Below the pieces are notes generated by a model. That model had not been told where the DNA came from. It searched no databases and saw nothing but the letters and a program-made list of their open reading frames with translations. The translations under genes were made by a program, and so were the position numbers. Positions 7,381 to 16,309 of a stretch of 25,767 nt of DNA are shown here, piece by piece; positions within the stretch are counted from its first letter, which is position 1; every line of letters begins with the position of its first letter. The DNA comes from Bdellovibrionia bacterium. Lineage in GTDB: Bacteria > Bdellovibrionota > UBA1018. The stretch spans positions 1 to 25,767 of the forward strand of contig JBMSSC010000026.1 of the NCBI GenBank assembly GCA_049424145.1. The letters are read 5' to 3'.

Positions 7381-8808
7381 ATGACTGCTTCGGCTCAGAT
7401 CTTGATTTGTGATCATGACGATTCATTTTACCGAAACCTTCAGCTGGCTTTAGGAGGGGAGTTTTCTTTTCTTTTTACTGACCAGATTTCCTCCGTCTGG
7501 GCTCAGCTTCAAAACCGGTCTTTTTTGCTTTCCATTATTGATGCACAACTCATCCCATCGCTTCAGTGGCGGCAAACTCTAGAAAAGTTCAAAGCAAAAG
7601 CCCCTCAAATGCCTGTTGTTCTCCGGGGGAGTGATTCTGCAATTTCCTGCTCTCAAGATCTGATTCAGTGGGGGGCTCAGGCGTACGTTTTAAAATCTTT
7701 GGATCTCAAGCCTCTCATGGACATCATCCGAAACGCTGCACTGAGAAGTCCAATTCAGCGTCTCGGGCAGGTGCCCGAAGCAACCATCATCTCTTCGTTG
7801 AATCGATCCCCTTTGATTGGAAACTCAGAACCCATGAGGGAACTGAAGAGGAGAATTCTCAAAGCACAAGTTGCTCAAGCCAATGTGTTGATTACGGGAG
7901 AAACCGGAAGCGGAAAAGAGCTTGTTGCCAAGCAAATGAGAAAATGCGATCCGCGAGGACAGCTTGAGCCTTGGGTTGCCATTGATGCCTCGACCATTCA
8001 AACTTCCATGGCGGAGAGTATTTTATTTGGTCACGAGAGGGGGAGTTTCACCGGTGCCGATCGAATGCGTAGGGGACTCTTTGAGGAAGCTCATGGAGGC
8101 GTTCTGTACATCGATGAAATTGCCAATATGAGCTGGGATGTTCAGTGTAAATTGCTTCGCGTACTGGAAGAAAAAGAAATTAGAAGAGTGGGCTCCTCTC
8201 GCGCTATCCCTCTTCATTTTAGGATCGTCAGCGCAACCAATCAGGATCTATTTTCCCTGGTTAAAAAGGGACTCTTCAAAGAAGATCTGTTGCAGAGGTT
8301 GAATGTGATTCCCCTGGGGGTTCCGCCTCTTCGAAACCACTTGGAGGACATTCCTCTTTTAGTTGACTATTTTTTCTCTCAGCAGAAGACAGTCTTCGGA
8401 GAATTCAAGACGAAACGATTTAATGAGGATGCCTTTGAGTACCTGTTTCAGTATTCCTGGCCTGGGAATGTCAGAGAATTATCCAATTTGATCACTTATC
8501 TGTCGAGCATGATTGACCACGACGAGATCACTCCGGATGACCTTCCCGATCAGATGGTCCCTCAAGTTAATGATCTCAGGGCTGCGAGTTTTCAAGCACT
8601 CGAGCAGTCGAGCAACTTAGGTTTTTATGATCAAGTGGCTGAGTTTGAAAAGTCCATTTTAAAAGAGGCCTATTTCAAGCAGAGGGGGCGAATTACTCAA
8701 ATGGCTCAGGCTTTAGGGATGGATCGGTCTCATTTGTACTCGAAGCTTAAATTCTATGGGATTCATCCCTCTGAATTGAGAGGAAGAAAGAAGTCTGTTT
8801 TGGGTTGA
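7381..8808 (+). CDS. Sigma-54-dependent enhancer-binding protein (NtrC family: receiver-like, AAA+, Fis-type HTH)
   Basis: GETGSGKE, ESILFGHERGSFTGA, LYIDEI, ATNQDL, RLNV and WPGNVREL motifs plus a C-terminal HTH. The receiver domain is divergent. The ORF opens at 7324; ATG 7381. Confidence 0.93.
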   Translation: MTASAQILICDHDDSFYRNLQLALGGEFSFLFTDQISSVWAQLQNRSFLLSIIDAQLIPSLQWRQTLEKFKAKAPQMPVVLRGSDSAISCSQDLIQWGAQAYVLKSLDLKPLMDIIRNAALRSPIQRLGQVPEATIISSLNRSPLIGNSEPMRELKRRILKAQVAQANVLITGETGSGKELVAKQMRKCDPRGQLEPWVAIDASTIQTSMAESILFGHERGSFTGADRMRRGLFEEAHGGVLYIDEIANMSWDVQCKLLRVLEEKEIRRVGSSRAIPLHFRIVSATNQDLFSLVKKGLFKEDLLQRLNVIPLGVPPLRNHLEDIPLLVDYFFSQQKTVFGEFKTKRFNEDAFEYLFQYSWPGNVRELSNLITYLSSMIDHDEITPDDLPDQMVPQVNDLRAASFQALEQSSNLGFYDQVAEFEKSILKEAYFKQRGRITQMAQALGMDRSHLYSKLKFYGIHPSELRGRKKSVLG

Positions 8809-8958
8809 TTTTGGTTTTTCTTCAAATGGATTGAATCCGAGATTGAATTCAATAATAAAATGAATAAAAATTAATGATCTACAAATAGAATGTCTGATAA
8901 ACTGAGAGGGGTGGGAGACGAGACAATCCGATCTCACGAGTCCTAATTTCCTAATTTT

Positions 8959-8975
8959 TTGGCCTAGGTATCGCC
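8959..8975 (+). promoter_or_regulatory. Candidate sigma-54 promoter for the TMTC-like gene
   Basis: TTGGCCTAGGTATCGCC: GG(8961-8962)-N10-GC(8973-8974). The predicted leader would be very short, which weakens the call. Confidence 0.35.
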
Positions 8976-8992
8976 CAGGGGGGGAGTGATCG

Positions 8993-10579
8993 ATGAAAGA
9001 GTTGTTAACTTCGTCTCAACGTCGAGTGCTGATTGTGCTCTTTATCCTTGCTCTCATTGTTTTTGGGTATTCGTTAAACTTTGATTTCGTACTTGATGAT
9101 GAAAACCAGATCTTAAATAACGAGCGGATTCATTCTCTCTGGTCCATTCCGGATGCATTTACGGGATCGACGATGGATGCTCTGGGTGCAAAAAAGCTGG
9201 GCGGGATTTACTACAAGCCGATCATGACCTGCTCTTACATCCTCTTGTGGGCCATCTCAGGGACTTCATTTCCATTCCATGTTTTTCAGCTCATTCTCCA
9301 TGTCTTTAATGCCTTTTTAATTCAGAGATTTTTCTTAACTTTTGATCAGTTTAAGAAGAATGAGCTTTTTGCCTTGATCTTAGCTTCAGTCTATTTGATT
9401 CATCCCATTAATGTGGAGACGGTAGTCCACATTGCAGATCTTCAAGACGTCCTCTTTACTTTTTTTGGGCTCTTGGCCTTAAATCTCATGACGCGTTCTT
9501 ATTGGAGCAATTGGACGGAGAATTTTCTCTTATTTGGACTCTTGGAGCTCTCTTTGCTGTCCAAAGAGTCTGGAATTCTCTCTTTACTGATCACGGGCCT
9601 TTACTGTGGCTTATTCCGAAAAAAGAAGTGGCCTTCTTGGCTGGGTGTGGCGCTTTCTGTCATTGCCTTATACTTGTTTTTAAGGATCGGGGTTGCAGAA
9701 CTGACCCATGGGGCAAATTCCAGTCAAATGCTCCGGGCCTCCTTACCTGTGAGACTGCTTTCCATGCCTAAGGTTTTTGCTCACTACATTGAGGTTTTCT
9801 TTTTTCCCAAAGAACTCACCTTGGTTCAAGATTGGGTGGTGAGTGAGTTCAGTGCTAGAGAGTTTTTTATACCTCTGCTGGTCGTGGGTTCGTTTTTCTC
9901 TGGATTTGTTTTCCTAGCTTGGAGAAGTCAATCCCCTTTGACCTGGTTTTTTCTCATTTGGCTGATTCTCGGTATGGGAGCCCATTCGAACTTAGTGGCC
10001 ATTGATGGAAGTGTTGCCGATCGATGGTTTTATTTTCCCTTCATTGGGCTTTTGGGGTTCCTGGCTCAGCTTTGGTTTCAGTATGAAAGTCGGTTTGAGA
10101 AGATCAGGGTTCACTGGAAAACCTCTTTCGTTTTACTTCTTTTCTTCCTGATGGGGGGGCGTACCTTCGCTAGAACCCTGGACTGGGAGAGTGGAATGAA
10201 GCTGTATCAGCATGACTTGGCTCTGATGCCAGATTCCTTTTACCTCGCCAATAACGTGGGTGTGGAGTACTTTCGAATGGGGGAGATTGAAATTGCTCGT
10301 GCTTATTTTCAGCGTTCAACTGAGCTTTTTCCTCAGTGGGTGACGAATTGGACAAACCTTGGAGCTGCGTATCAGCGTCAGGGGAAATTAGATCAAGCCG
10401 AGCTTTGTTTTGAGCGCTCTGTGAAGAATGGAGCCTCTGCTCTTGGATATCAGAATTATGCCAATATTTTAAGTATTCTTGGAAAGAAAGCAGAGTTAAA
10501 AGAGTTTTTAGAAAAAACGGCTTTTCGCTATTTTCCTGAAAATCCGATCTTAAGATCCATTTATATGAAAAACTTTTAG
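8993..10579 (+). CDS. TMTC-like GT-C membrane glycosyltransferase (protein O-mannosyltransferase-like) with C-terminal TPRs
   Basis: FVLDD after the first TM helix, YYKPI, HPINVETV, LLSKESG and ADRWFYFP motifs, many TM segments, and TPR-like C-terminus (NNVG, TNLGAAY). Confidence 0.85.
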   Translation: MKELLTSSQRRVLIVLFILALIVFGYSLNFDFVLDDENQILNNERIHSLWSIPDAFTGSTMDALGAKKLGGIYYKPIMTCSYILLWAISGTSFPFHVFQLILHVFNAFLIQRFFLTFDQFKKNELFALILASVYLIHPINVETVVHIADLQDVLFTFFGLLALNLMTRSYWSNWTENFLLFGLLELSLLSKESGILSLLITGLYCGLFRKKKWPSWLGVALSVIALYLFLRIGVAELTHGANSSQMLRASLPVRLLSMPKVFAHYIEVFFFPKELTLVQDWVVSEFSAREFFIPLLVVGSFFSGFVFLAWRSQSPLTWFFLIWLILGMGAHSNLVAIDGSVADRWFYFPFIGLLGFLAQLWFQYESRFEKIRVHWKTSFVLLLFFLMGGRTFARTLDWESGMKLYQHDLALMPDSFYLANNVGVEYFRMGEIEIARAYFQRSTELFPQWVTNWTNLGAAYQRQGKLDQAELCFERSVKNGASALGYQNYANILSILGKKAELKEFLEKTAFRYFPENPILRSIYMKNF

Positions 10580-10688
10580 TTAGTGAGATCGCGATCGGGG
10601 CCACGGGAGGAGATAGAGCTCATCCCCCCTTGGGCAGGTTGCCATTTTTATCCAAGCAGATGAAGAGCGCTAAAACTCTAAGTTGAGA

Positions 10689-12014
10689 TTAATTCGTCTT
10701 ATGAATGGCGAGTAATATCTTTCGACAAAATCCAGACTGAAACTGGCTCTCGGTCTGTCTTAAGTGTTGTTCGAGATCAAAATACTCCCCAGCAATCAGG
10801 ACATCTTGAGTGAGACTATGTCCAAAGATAAAAAGACTAGCAAGTGGGGCGATCTTATTTTGATTCAGCTGCAGTGGAAAACCTGTGGCATCGGGGAGTT
10901 CATGATGTGCACGGATAATCATATCAACTTCTGGTGGAATTCCGGTCATATCCTGAACCAATTTTGCCATGGCCTCAGAGTGATCTCTTAAGGCTTGAAT
11001 CTCCTCAGGTGAGTACTTGGATTTGGCTAAGTCAATTTCTTTTAGGGTTCGGATCTGGGCCAGCTCCGAGTGATCCAGGGTCAAGTCATGGAGAATCGAT
11101 GCTAAGCAGAGCTTATGGTAGGTCAGTTCTGAGGCCCAACCCATCTTTTGAGCCAAAGCACAGCACGTGAAAGCAGTGTAAGTGGAGTGGAGGGGAATGA
11201 AGTCGCCCTTCACTTTTTTGATGTGATGGATGACCGCACCAAGGTCAGGCCTAGTACCGATTATCTTGAGCATAAACAAACAGTGAGATCGAATGAGTTC
11301 CTGAAGGTTTGCTCCAAAGCCAATCTGCTTAAAGATTTGGTGGATCATCTCTGTTCCATCTTCAAGAGCCCGGAGTTGAGCATCCAGAGTGAGAGGCTCA
11401 GAGTTGATCATCTTTTTGAGTTGGTTTAAGTACTTCGAGGCCAGTTCGTCGCATTGTTCTCTTAAAATGTAGAGGTATTCAACTCCTTTTTTTCTTGTGT
11501 ATTTGTTAAAGTCTTCAGCTCGAAAAACGTCTCCTTTTTGAAAGACTTTGACAAACTTACTCTCAGAAAGTTTGATAAAAATGTCGCCCGCCAGCGGTGC
11601 GACAGAGAGGAGGAGTTCAGTTTTAATTCGACAATAGGGGTGAGTGGTGCTGACTGGGCCTAATTGTTTATTTTTAAGAACCTGAGCAATCATCTCCTCA
11701 GCAGCTTCTAGCAGTTTTGCAGGTTTGACGATTCGGCTCTGGTTGTTCTTCATGGGAACACTGCCCAAAGCACTCTGGTCGGTCATTACAATCAAGAACT
11801 TTGACGCCTCATTCCAAAAGTCCACTTCGTTGCAAAGGCGTTTGGGATCATAGTCGATAATCATCAGGTCAATTGAGGCATTGGGTTGAGTGATTGCGTT
11901 TTTTGCCTCACTGATGGATTTCGCGATATGAATCGAGACGTTATGTTTTTTTTCCAGAAGAAACGTGTTTTTGTTGGCTATTTCTAGGTTTTCCTGGAGT
12001 AAGATAATGTTCAT
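10689..12014 (-). CDS. HD-GYP-like (HD-domain) protein with N-terminal receiver-like domain
   Basis: N-terminal MNIILLQE...IDLMIIDY receiver fold. HS...ASILHDL...H...HHELPDATGFP, with GYP appearing as GFP. Confidence 0.8.
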   Translation of the reverse strand: MNIILLQENLEIANKNTFLLEKKHNVSIHIAKSISEAKNAITQPNASIDLMIIDYDPKRLCNEVDFWNEASKFLIVMTDQSALGSVPMKNNQSRIVKPAKLLEAAEEMIAQVLKNKQLGPVSTTHPYCRIKTELLLSVAPLAGDIFIKLSESKFVKVFQKGDVFRAEDFNKYTRKKGVEYLYILREQCDELASKYLNQLKKMINSEPLTLDAQLRALEDGTEMIHQIFKQIGFGANLQELIRSHCLFMLKIIGTRPDLGAVIHHIKKVKGDFIPLHSTYTAFTCCALAQKMGWASELTYHKLCLASILHDLTLDHSELAQIRTLKEIDLAKSKYSPEEIQALRDHSEAMAKLVQDMTGIPPEVDMIIRAHHELPDATGFPLQLNQNKIAPLASLFIFGHSLTQDVLIAGEYFDLEQHLRQTESQFQSGFCRKILLAIHKTN

Positions 12015-12023
12015 AGAAATAGT

Positions 12024-12251
12024 TTATTTTATTTTTTTTTGTGAGTACATAGGAATGATCGCGTCTGCTGGGCAAATTTTTAAACAAACGCCATGAATAT
12101 CGCAAGTGCTTGAATCAATTAGATATTGTGTTTTTCCAAGGAAAATGCTTTGAGTCGGGCAGATCTCCACACAAAGTCCACAGAGGGTACACTTTTGATT
12201 AATGAGGTAGGAAATTGGCTTTTCTTCTTCAGGTTTTTTTTGGGTCTTCAT
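12024..12251 (-). CDS. 4Fe-4S dicluster-type ferredoxin (second motif has His in place of Cys)
   Basis: CTLCGLCVEICP and CDIHGVCLKICP. Confidence 0.88.
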   Translation of the reverse strand: MKTQKKPEEEKPISYLINQKCTLCGLCVEICPTQSIFLGKTQYLIDSSTCDIHGVCLKICPADAIIPMYSQKKIK

Positions 12252-13332
12252 TGGACTTTTTCTCTTTGGTTTTCCCTAGCTTCTTCAGACTACTCTCGGT
12301 AATTCCCAAATCCTTCATGCATTTGATGTGGATGGCAGTGAGTCGCTCCATGGGGTCTTGATCCTCCGGAATGGATCCTAAGGCGCTGCTTAAGCAAAGA
12401 AGGCAGGAGAGCTTGTAGATGTCAGGGTGTCTGGCGCGAATGAACTCGGGGTCATTGTGGAAGGCAACAGCAAGTTCAATGGAGGGTAGGAGCCTAGCAA
12501 AGCTCATGAACAAAGCTGAAAGATCCGCATAGGTGATGGAAAACCTTCGGTACTCACCAATCCATTGGGCTAGATAGGTGAACCGCTCCTGTTTTTGACA
12601 GAGTTTGGTAAAGGATCCCCATGATCCCTCGCCTAAGTCCTTGGGAAACATCTCCGCCATGAGGACTTTGCCGATGGGTGCAAGAAGGCAAGCGGCAACG
12701 ATAAAATGGGTGTAGTAGAACGATTTGAGCAGGGAGGCCACTTCCAGGGCTACTTGGGCATTTTTTTCGCCCTCTGCCCAGGATTTATCCAACATCTCCA
12801 GGAGTTCTTTTGGAGCTTTTCTTGCCACATAGAGATTGCTCAAAAGATCGTAGTGATAGCCGGCTAAAAAAGATTGGTCAGAGCCGGGTAGATCTTGATC
12901 AATGCACTTTTCCTCTGCAAGAAGCGCATAGCGGAGCTGTTCTTTGGGGTCTAAGATGAAGCGATCGTTCTTTTTTCTTGGAAGTCCTTGGCCTCGAATT
13001 CGATTGAGCTGGATGGCTGCCACGGAGTTTCGAATGCCAGTTTTGTTGAGTAACTGAACCACGCGATCAATCAGGATGTCGTTTTTCTTAGGGTTTTCCT
13101 TTTCCTCCTCTTCCCATCGAGCCACTTTTGGGCCAATGATTTCCATAGCTAAGATGGACTCAGAGTACAGAGGGTTACTTTTAAGAATCTGAGCGAGCGC
13201 TTGAGCGGTGGTTTTATTGCTACTGGAGACCTGATACACTTCTGTAAAAGTGGATCCAGGTCGACATTTTTTTAATGTGGTTCGAATGAGTTGAGCGAGG
13301 GCTTGAGCCGGGAAGGCTTGAGAATCTGCCAT
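12229..13332 (-). CDS. HDOD-like helical signalling protein (degenerate)
   Basis: LAQILKSNPLYSESIL...IDRVVQLL...IRN pattern, ACLLAPIGKVLM (degenerate GLLHDIGK) and AVAFH. Overlaps the ferredoxin start by 23 nt. Confidence 0.55.
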   Translation of the reverse strand: MADSQAFPAQALAQLIRTTLKKCRPGSTFTEVYQVSSSNKTTAQALAQILKSNPLYSESILAMEIIGPKVARWEEEEKENPKKNDILIDRVVQLLNKTGIRNSVAAIQLNRIRGQGLPRKKNDRFILDPKEQLRYALLAEEKCIDQDLPGSDQSFLAGYHYDLLSNLYVARKAPKELLEMLDKSWAEGEKNAQVALEVASLLKSFYYTHFIVAACLLAPIGKVLMAEMFPKDLGEGSWGSFTKLCQKQERFTYLAQWIGEYRRFSITYADLSALFMSFARLLPSIELAVAFHNDPEFIRARHPDIYKLSCLLCLSSALGSIPEDQDPMERLTAIHIKCMKDLGITESSLKKLGKTKEKKSNEDPKKT

Positions 13333-13396
13333 GAATCTGATTGTACGAAATACTTCCAGTTGTCGTCAATTCATCTATCCAGTAGAATAAAAAGAT

Positions 13397-13798
13397 ATGA
13401 AAACCACGGCAGGCGATATCATGACCACGAATGTCTACACGATTCGAACGACGACCACAGTGGGTGAGGCGGTGAAGCTACTCATTAACTTTAGAATCAC
13501 AGGTTTGCCTGTGATCAATAAAAAGGGAAAAATCGTGGGGATCTTCTCCGAGTATGATGTTTTGCGTCAGATCTCTCAGGAAGAAGACCTCACGCCTGAA
13601 GTATTTAAGAAAAAAGTGGTTTTCTCGAAGAAGGTGGACTCCATTTTGGCCACCGAATCTCTCGATGTCGTCATTGAGCGGTTCATTCACTCCAAGTTCA
13701 GGAGGCTTCCGGTGGTGGATAAAAAAGGTGAGCTCCAGGGGATTATAACCCGGCGAGATCTCATGAGAGTTTTCTACTATCGAGCTGCGTTAGGCTAA
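13397..13798 (+). CDS. Stand-alone CBS-pair protein
   Basis: AGDIMT...ITGLPVI...IVGIFSEYD and FRRLPVVD...GIITRRD. Confidence 0.93.
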   Translation: MKTTAGDIMTTNVYTIRTTTTVGEAVKLLINFRITGLPVINKKGKIVGIFSEYDVLRQISQEEDLTPEVFKKKVVFSKKVDSILATESLDVVIERFIHSKFRRLPVVDKKGELQGIITRRDLMRVFYYRAALG

Positions 13799-14545
13799 AT
13801 GAAAATTAAGCTGACGAGCAGTGGAGACATCCAGATCTTTACCTTAACGGAGAATATCTCCGAGAAGGATATTGATGTCTTACGAGCTGGATTTAAAAAT
13901 GCTCTAAGAAATGGGAAAAACAAGATCATCTTAGAGCTGATTTCGGTTGATCATCTCTCAGATGATGTCCTCAGAGAATTAGGGATTATGGATAACTTCG
14001 CTCGTGAGTTAGCCGGGCGGATCTTGATGGTCACCGATCAACAGGCACTTCGAAATCGAATCCAGAATTTTGCGTCTCCTCCGTTGGTTTTTTGTTTTGA
14101 GAGTCGGGAATTGGCGATTGCTCAATTCACGCAGACGACTCGCGGTTTGGACGAGCCAGAGAGTAAAAAAGAACCTCTATTTGGAGCCGATCCAAAGACC
14201 GATCCTCAAGCCCTGCTGAGTGTGGGTGCATCGGATCAGTCTTTGCCTCCAGTCGATCCTGCATTGACGGATCCTGAGGCGGTTCAACGAGCTCAGCTTC
14301 AAAAGCAGAAAGAAGAGATTCTTGCTCGTGAGACGGCTGAGCTGGGTCAGCTTCGTAAGCAATTGGCTGAGATGCAATCGGAAAACAAAGTCCTGCATGA
14401 ACAGTTGGCAAGTTTAATTCAGTCTCGTCGACAGTTTGTGGATAACGCCGCTTTGCAGGAAAAAATCAGTGCGCTGCAGATGGAGATGGAAAAGCTTATG
14501 AACTCAAAGCCGGGAGCACAGGCGGCAAAACCGGTTAGTTCATAG
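13799..14545 (+). CDS. STAS-like domain, Pro-rich linker and coiled-coil protein
   Basis: The N-terminal ~110 aa fit the STAS pattern (KIILELISVDHL..., CFESRELAI). Heptad-rich C-terminus. The ATG directly follows the CBS stop codon. Confidence 0.6.
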   Translation: MKIKLTSSGDIQIFTLTENISEKDIDVLRAGFKNALRNGKNKIILELISVDHLSDDVLRELGIMDNFARELAGRILMVTDQQALRNRIQNFASPPLVFCFESRELAIAQFTQTTRGLDEPESKKEPLFGADPKTDPQALLSVGASDQSLPPVDPALTDPEAVQRAQLQKQKEEILARETAELGQLRKQLAEMQSENKVLHEQLASLIQSRRQFVDNAALQEKISALQMEMEKLMNSKPGAQAAKPVSS

Positions 14546-14783
14546 GCTCTCCTCTGGCTTTGGACGAGTCGCAAGCTATGTCTCCTCATTTCATTTCTCC
14601 ATGAAACTCGAAGCAAAGAACAGGCAATACGAGTCTTTTTTTTTAGCTGCCTCGAAGGTCTCTTGTTGATGGAGCTCACGTCTTTCTGAGCTTGTTAAGT
14701 GAAGAGAGATCAACTTTTTCATCTCCATTTTGGATCAAACCACACACTGAGCGGTGATCTACATTCTTAAGACGCTCGATTCC

Positions 14784-14800
14784 TAGGTCTAATTTGTGCA
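14784..14800 (+). promoter_or_regulatory. Candidate sigma-54 promoter
   Basis: TAGGTCTAATTTGTGCA: GG(14786-14787)-N10-GC(14798-14799), just upstream of AAGGAGAGG and ATG 14835. Confidence 0.35.
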
Positions 14801-14834
14801 GTTATTAAAATTGAAGGAGAGGTTTTCTTCAAAG

Positions 14835-15530
14835 ATGAAGCCCGTGAAATGGAAGCCCGCTCTCGTATCTCAGGAAGTTGAAATTATGGATCGAGGTACT
14901 CGACTTTTAGGGAGTCTTGAGATTCCTCAAAATCCATTGGGGATCGTGATTTTTGCTCATGGAAGTTCCAGTAATCGCTTCAGTCCACGAAATCAAGCGG
15001 TGAGTTTAGGGCTAAATCAAGCGGGTCTTGGATCGTTGCTGTTTGATCTTCTGAGTGAGGAGGAGAACCAAGATCCCAGTACACGGTTTGATATCCCTTT
15101 TTTGGCACATCGCCTTCAAGTGGCGACTCAATGGCTCAATCAGTGGTTGTCCAAACATCTTCCTTCGCTCCAATTGCCCCTGGGATACTTAGGATCAAGT
15201 ACGGGCGCCGCAGCGGCTCTTTGCGCTGCAGCGGAATTGGGAAGTCAAATTACAGCCATAGTTTCACGAGGGGGACGCCCAGATCTGGCTTTTCCTCATC
15301 TGAAGCGGGTAGTAGCCCCAACCTTGCTGTTAGTCGGCGGGCTCGATGTCCCCGTGATTGCGATGAATCAATCGGCCTTTCATGAGTTGCGATTCGCTCA
15401 GCTCGTTGTGATTCCCGGTGCAACCCACCTCTTTGAAGAGTCTGGCAAGCTTGAAGAAGTCACTGTGTACGCAAAAAGTTGGTTCCTACAGCACTTTCAA
15501 AAGACCCGTCCGCAACAAATAGGGGCTTAG
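14835..15530 (+). CDS. Dienelactone-hydrolase-like alpha/beta hydrolase (type often fused to a phosphoribosyltransferase)
   Basis: IVIFAHGSSSNRFSPRN, GYLGSSTGAAAAL, VSRGGRPDLA, LLVGGLD and ATHLFEE motifs. The ORF opens at 14796. Confidence 0.9.
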   Translation: MKPVKWKPALVSQEVEIMDRGTRLLGSLEIPQNPLGIVIFAHGSSSNRFSPRNQAVSLGLNQAGLGSLLFDLLSEEENQDPSTRFDIPFLAHRLQVATQWLNQWLSKHLPSLQLPLGYLGSSTGAAAALCAAAELGSQITAIVSRGGRPDLAFPHLKRVVAPTLLLVGGLDVPVIAMNQSAFHELRFAQLVVIPGATHLFEESGKLEEVTVYAKSWFLQHFQKTRPQQIGA

Positions 15531-15659
15531 ACGCCGTTTAATCGACCTTTTTGATTGAGCGTGGTTTAGGCGTAATCGATTTTACTGGGGTGAAAATCAG
15601 CACGTCATTTGCATCTCAGTTGCGTGGAATTCAGGCATCTTTAACAAAGGAGATCAATT

Positions 15660-16220
15660 ATGGCAGTGCGAAACTTGTTACCTGAGGCTTGGCGTGGTGA
15701 AAGAGGCTTTTGGAATCCCATGCGTGAGTTAAATCGGATGCAACGACGAATGGATCAGATCTTCGGTGATCTTGTGAATGATACTTTTCTTACGGATTGG
15801 AGAGCAGCCGCTCAACCCTTGGGGGAGATTGAAGAGCGCTTTTCCCCTCCTTGTGATGTGGTTGAAACAGACTCTCAGTATTTGATGAGTTTTGATCTTC
15901 CGGGAGTGAGTCGGAATGAGATTAAGATCGAGCTCAAGGATAATCAATTGGTGGTTTCAGGCGAGAGAAAGCATGAAGAAGTCAAAGAGGGCTTAGAGAG
16001 AAGTACTCAGGAGCGCTATTATGGAGCATTTATGCGCTCTTTTACTCTTCCTAATCAAATTGACTTAGAGCGGATCGAGGCCCAGTTTGAAAATGGAGTG
16101 CTCACGATTACCGTTCCTAAGTTGGAAGTCAAAAAGCATAAGCAGGTGGAAATTAAGATCGGGGCAGCCCTCCCGCAGCCGAAGGAGATGAAAGCTGAAA
16201 AGCCGGAAAAAGCAGCTTAG
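15660..16220 (+). CDS. Hsp20/alpha-crystallin small heat-shock protein
   Basis: PPCDVVET, DLPGV, VSGER, ERYYGAFMRSFTLP and AQFENGVLTITVPK motifs; AAGGAG RBS. Confidence 0.96.
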   Translation: MAVRNLLPEAWRGERGFWNPMRELNRMQRRMDQIFGDLVNDTFLTDWRAAAQPLGEIEERFSPPCDVVETDSQYLMSFDLPGVSRNEIKIELKDNQLVVSGERKHEEVKEGLERSTQERYYGAFMRSFTLPNQIDLERIEAQFENGVLTITVPKLEVKKHKQVEIKIGAALPQPKEMKAEKPEKAA

Positions 16221-16254
16221 GAAGACGCTGAAAGTTTTGAGTGAATTACATGCA

Positions 16255-16309
16255 ATCGATCTGGACTTGGTGGGTCAAGTCCAGATCGATCTGATTTTTT
16301 CGCTTTTTT
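16255..16309 (+). terminator. Strong terminator hairpin after hsp20
   Basis: Perfect 15-bp stem ATCGATCTGGACTTG-gtgggt-CAAGTCCAGATCGAT followed by T-rich runs. Confidence 0.75.
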
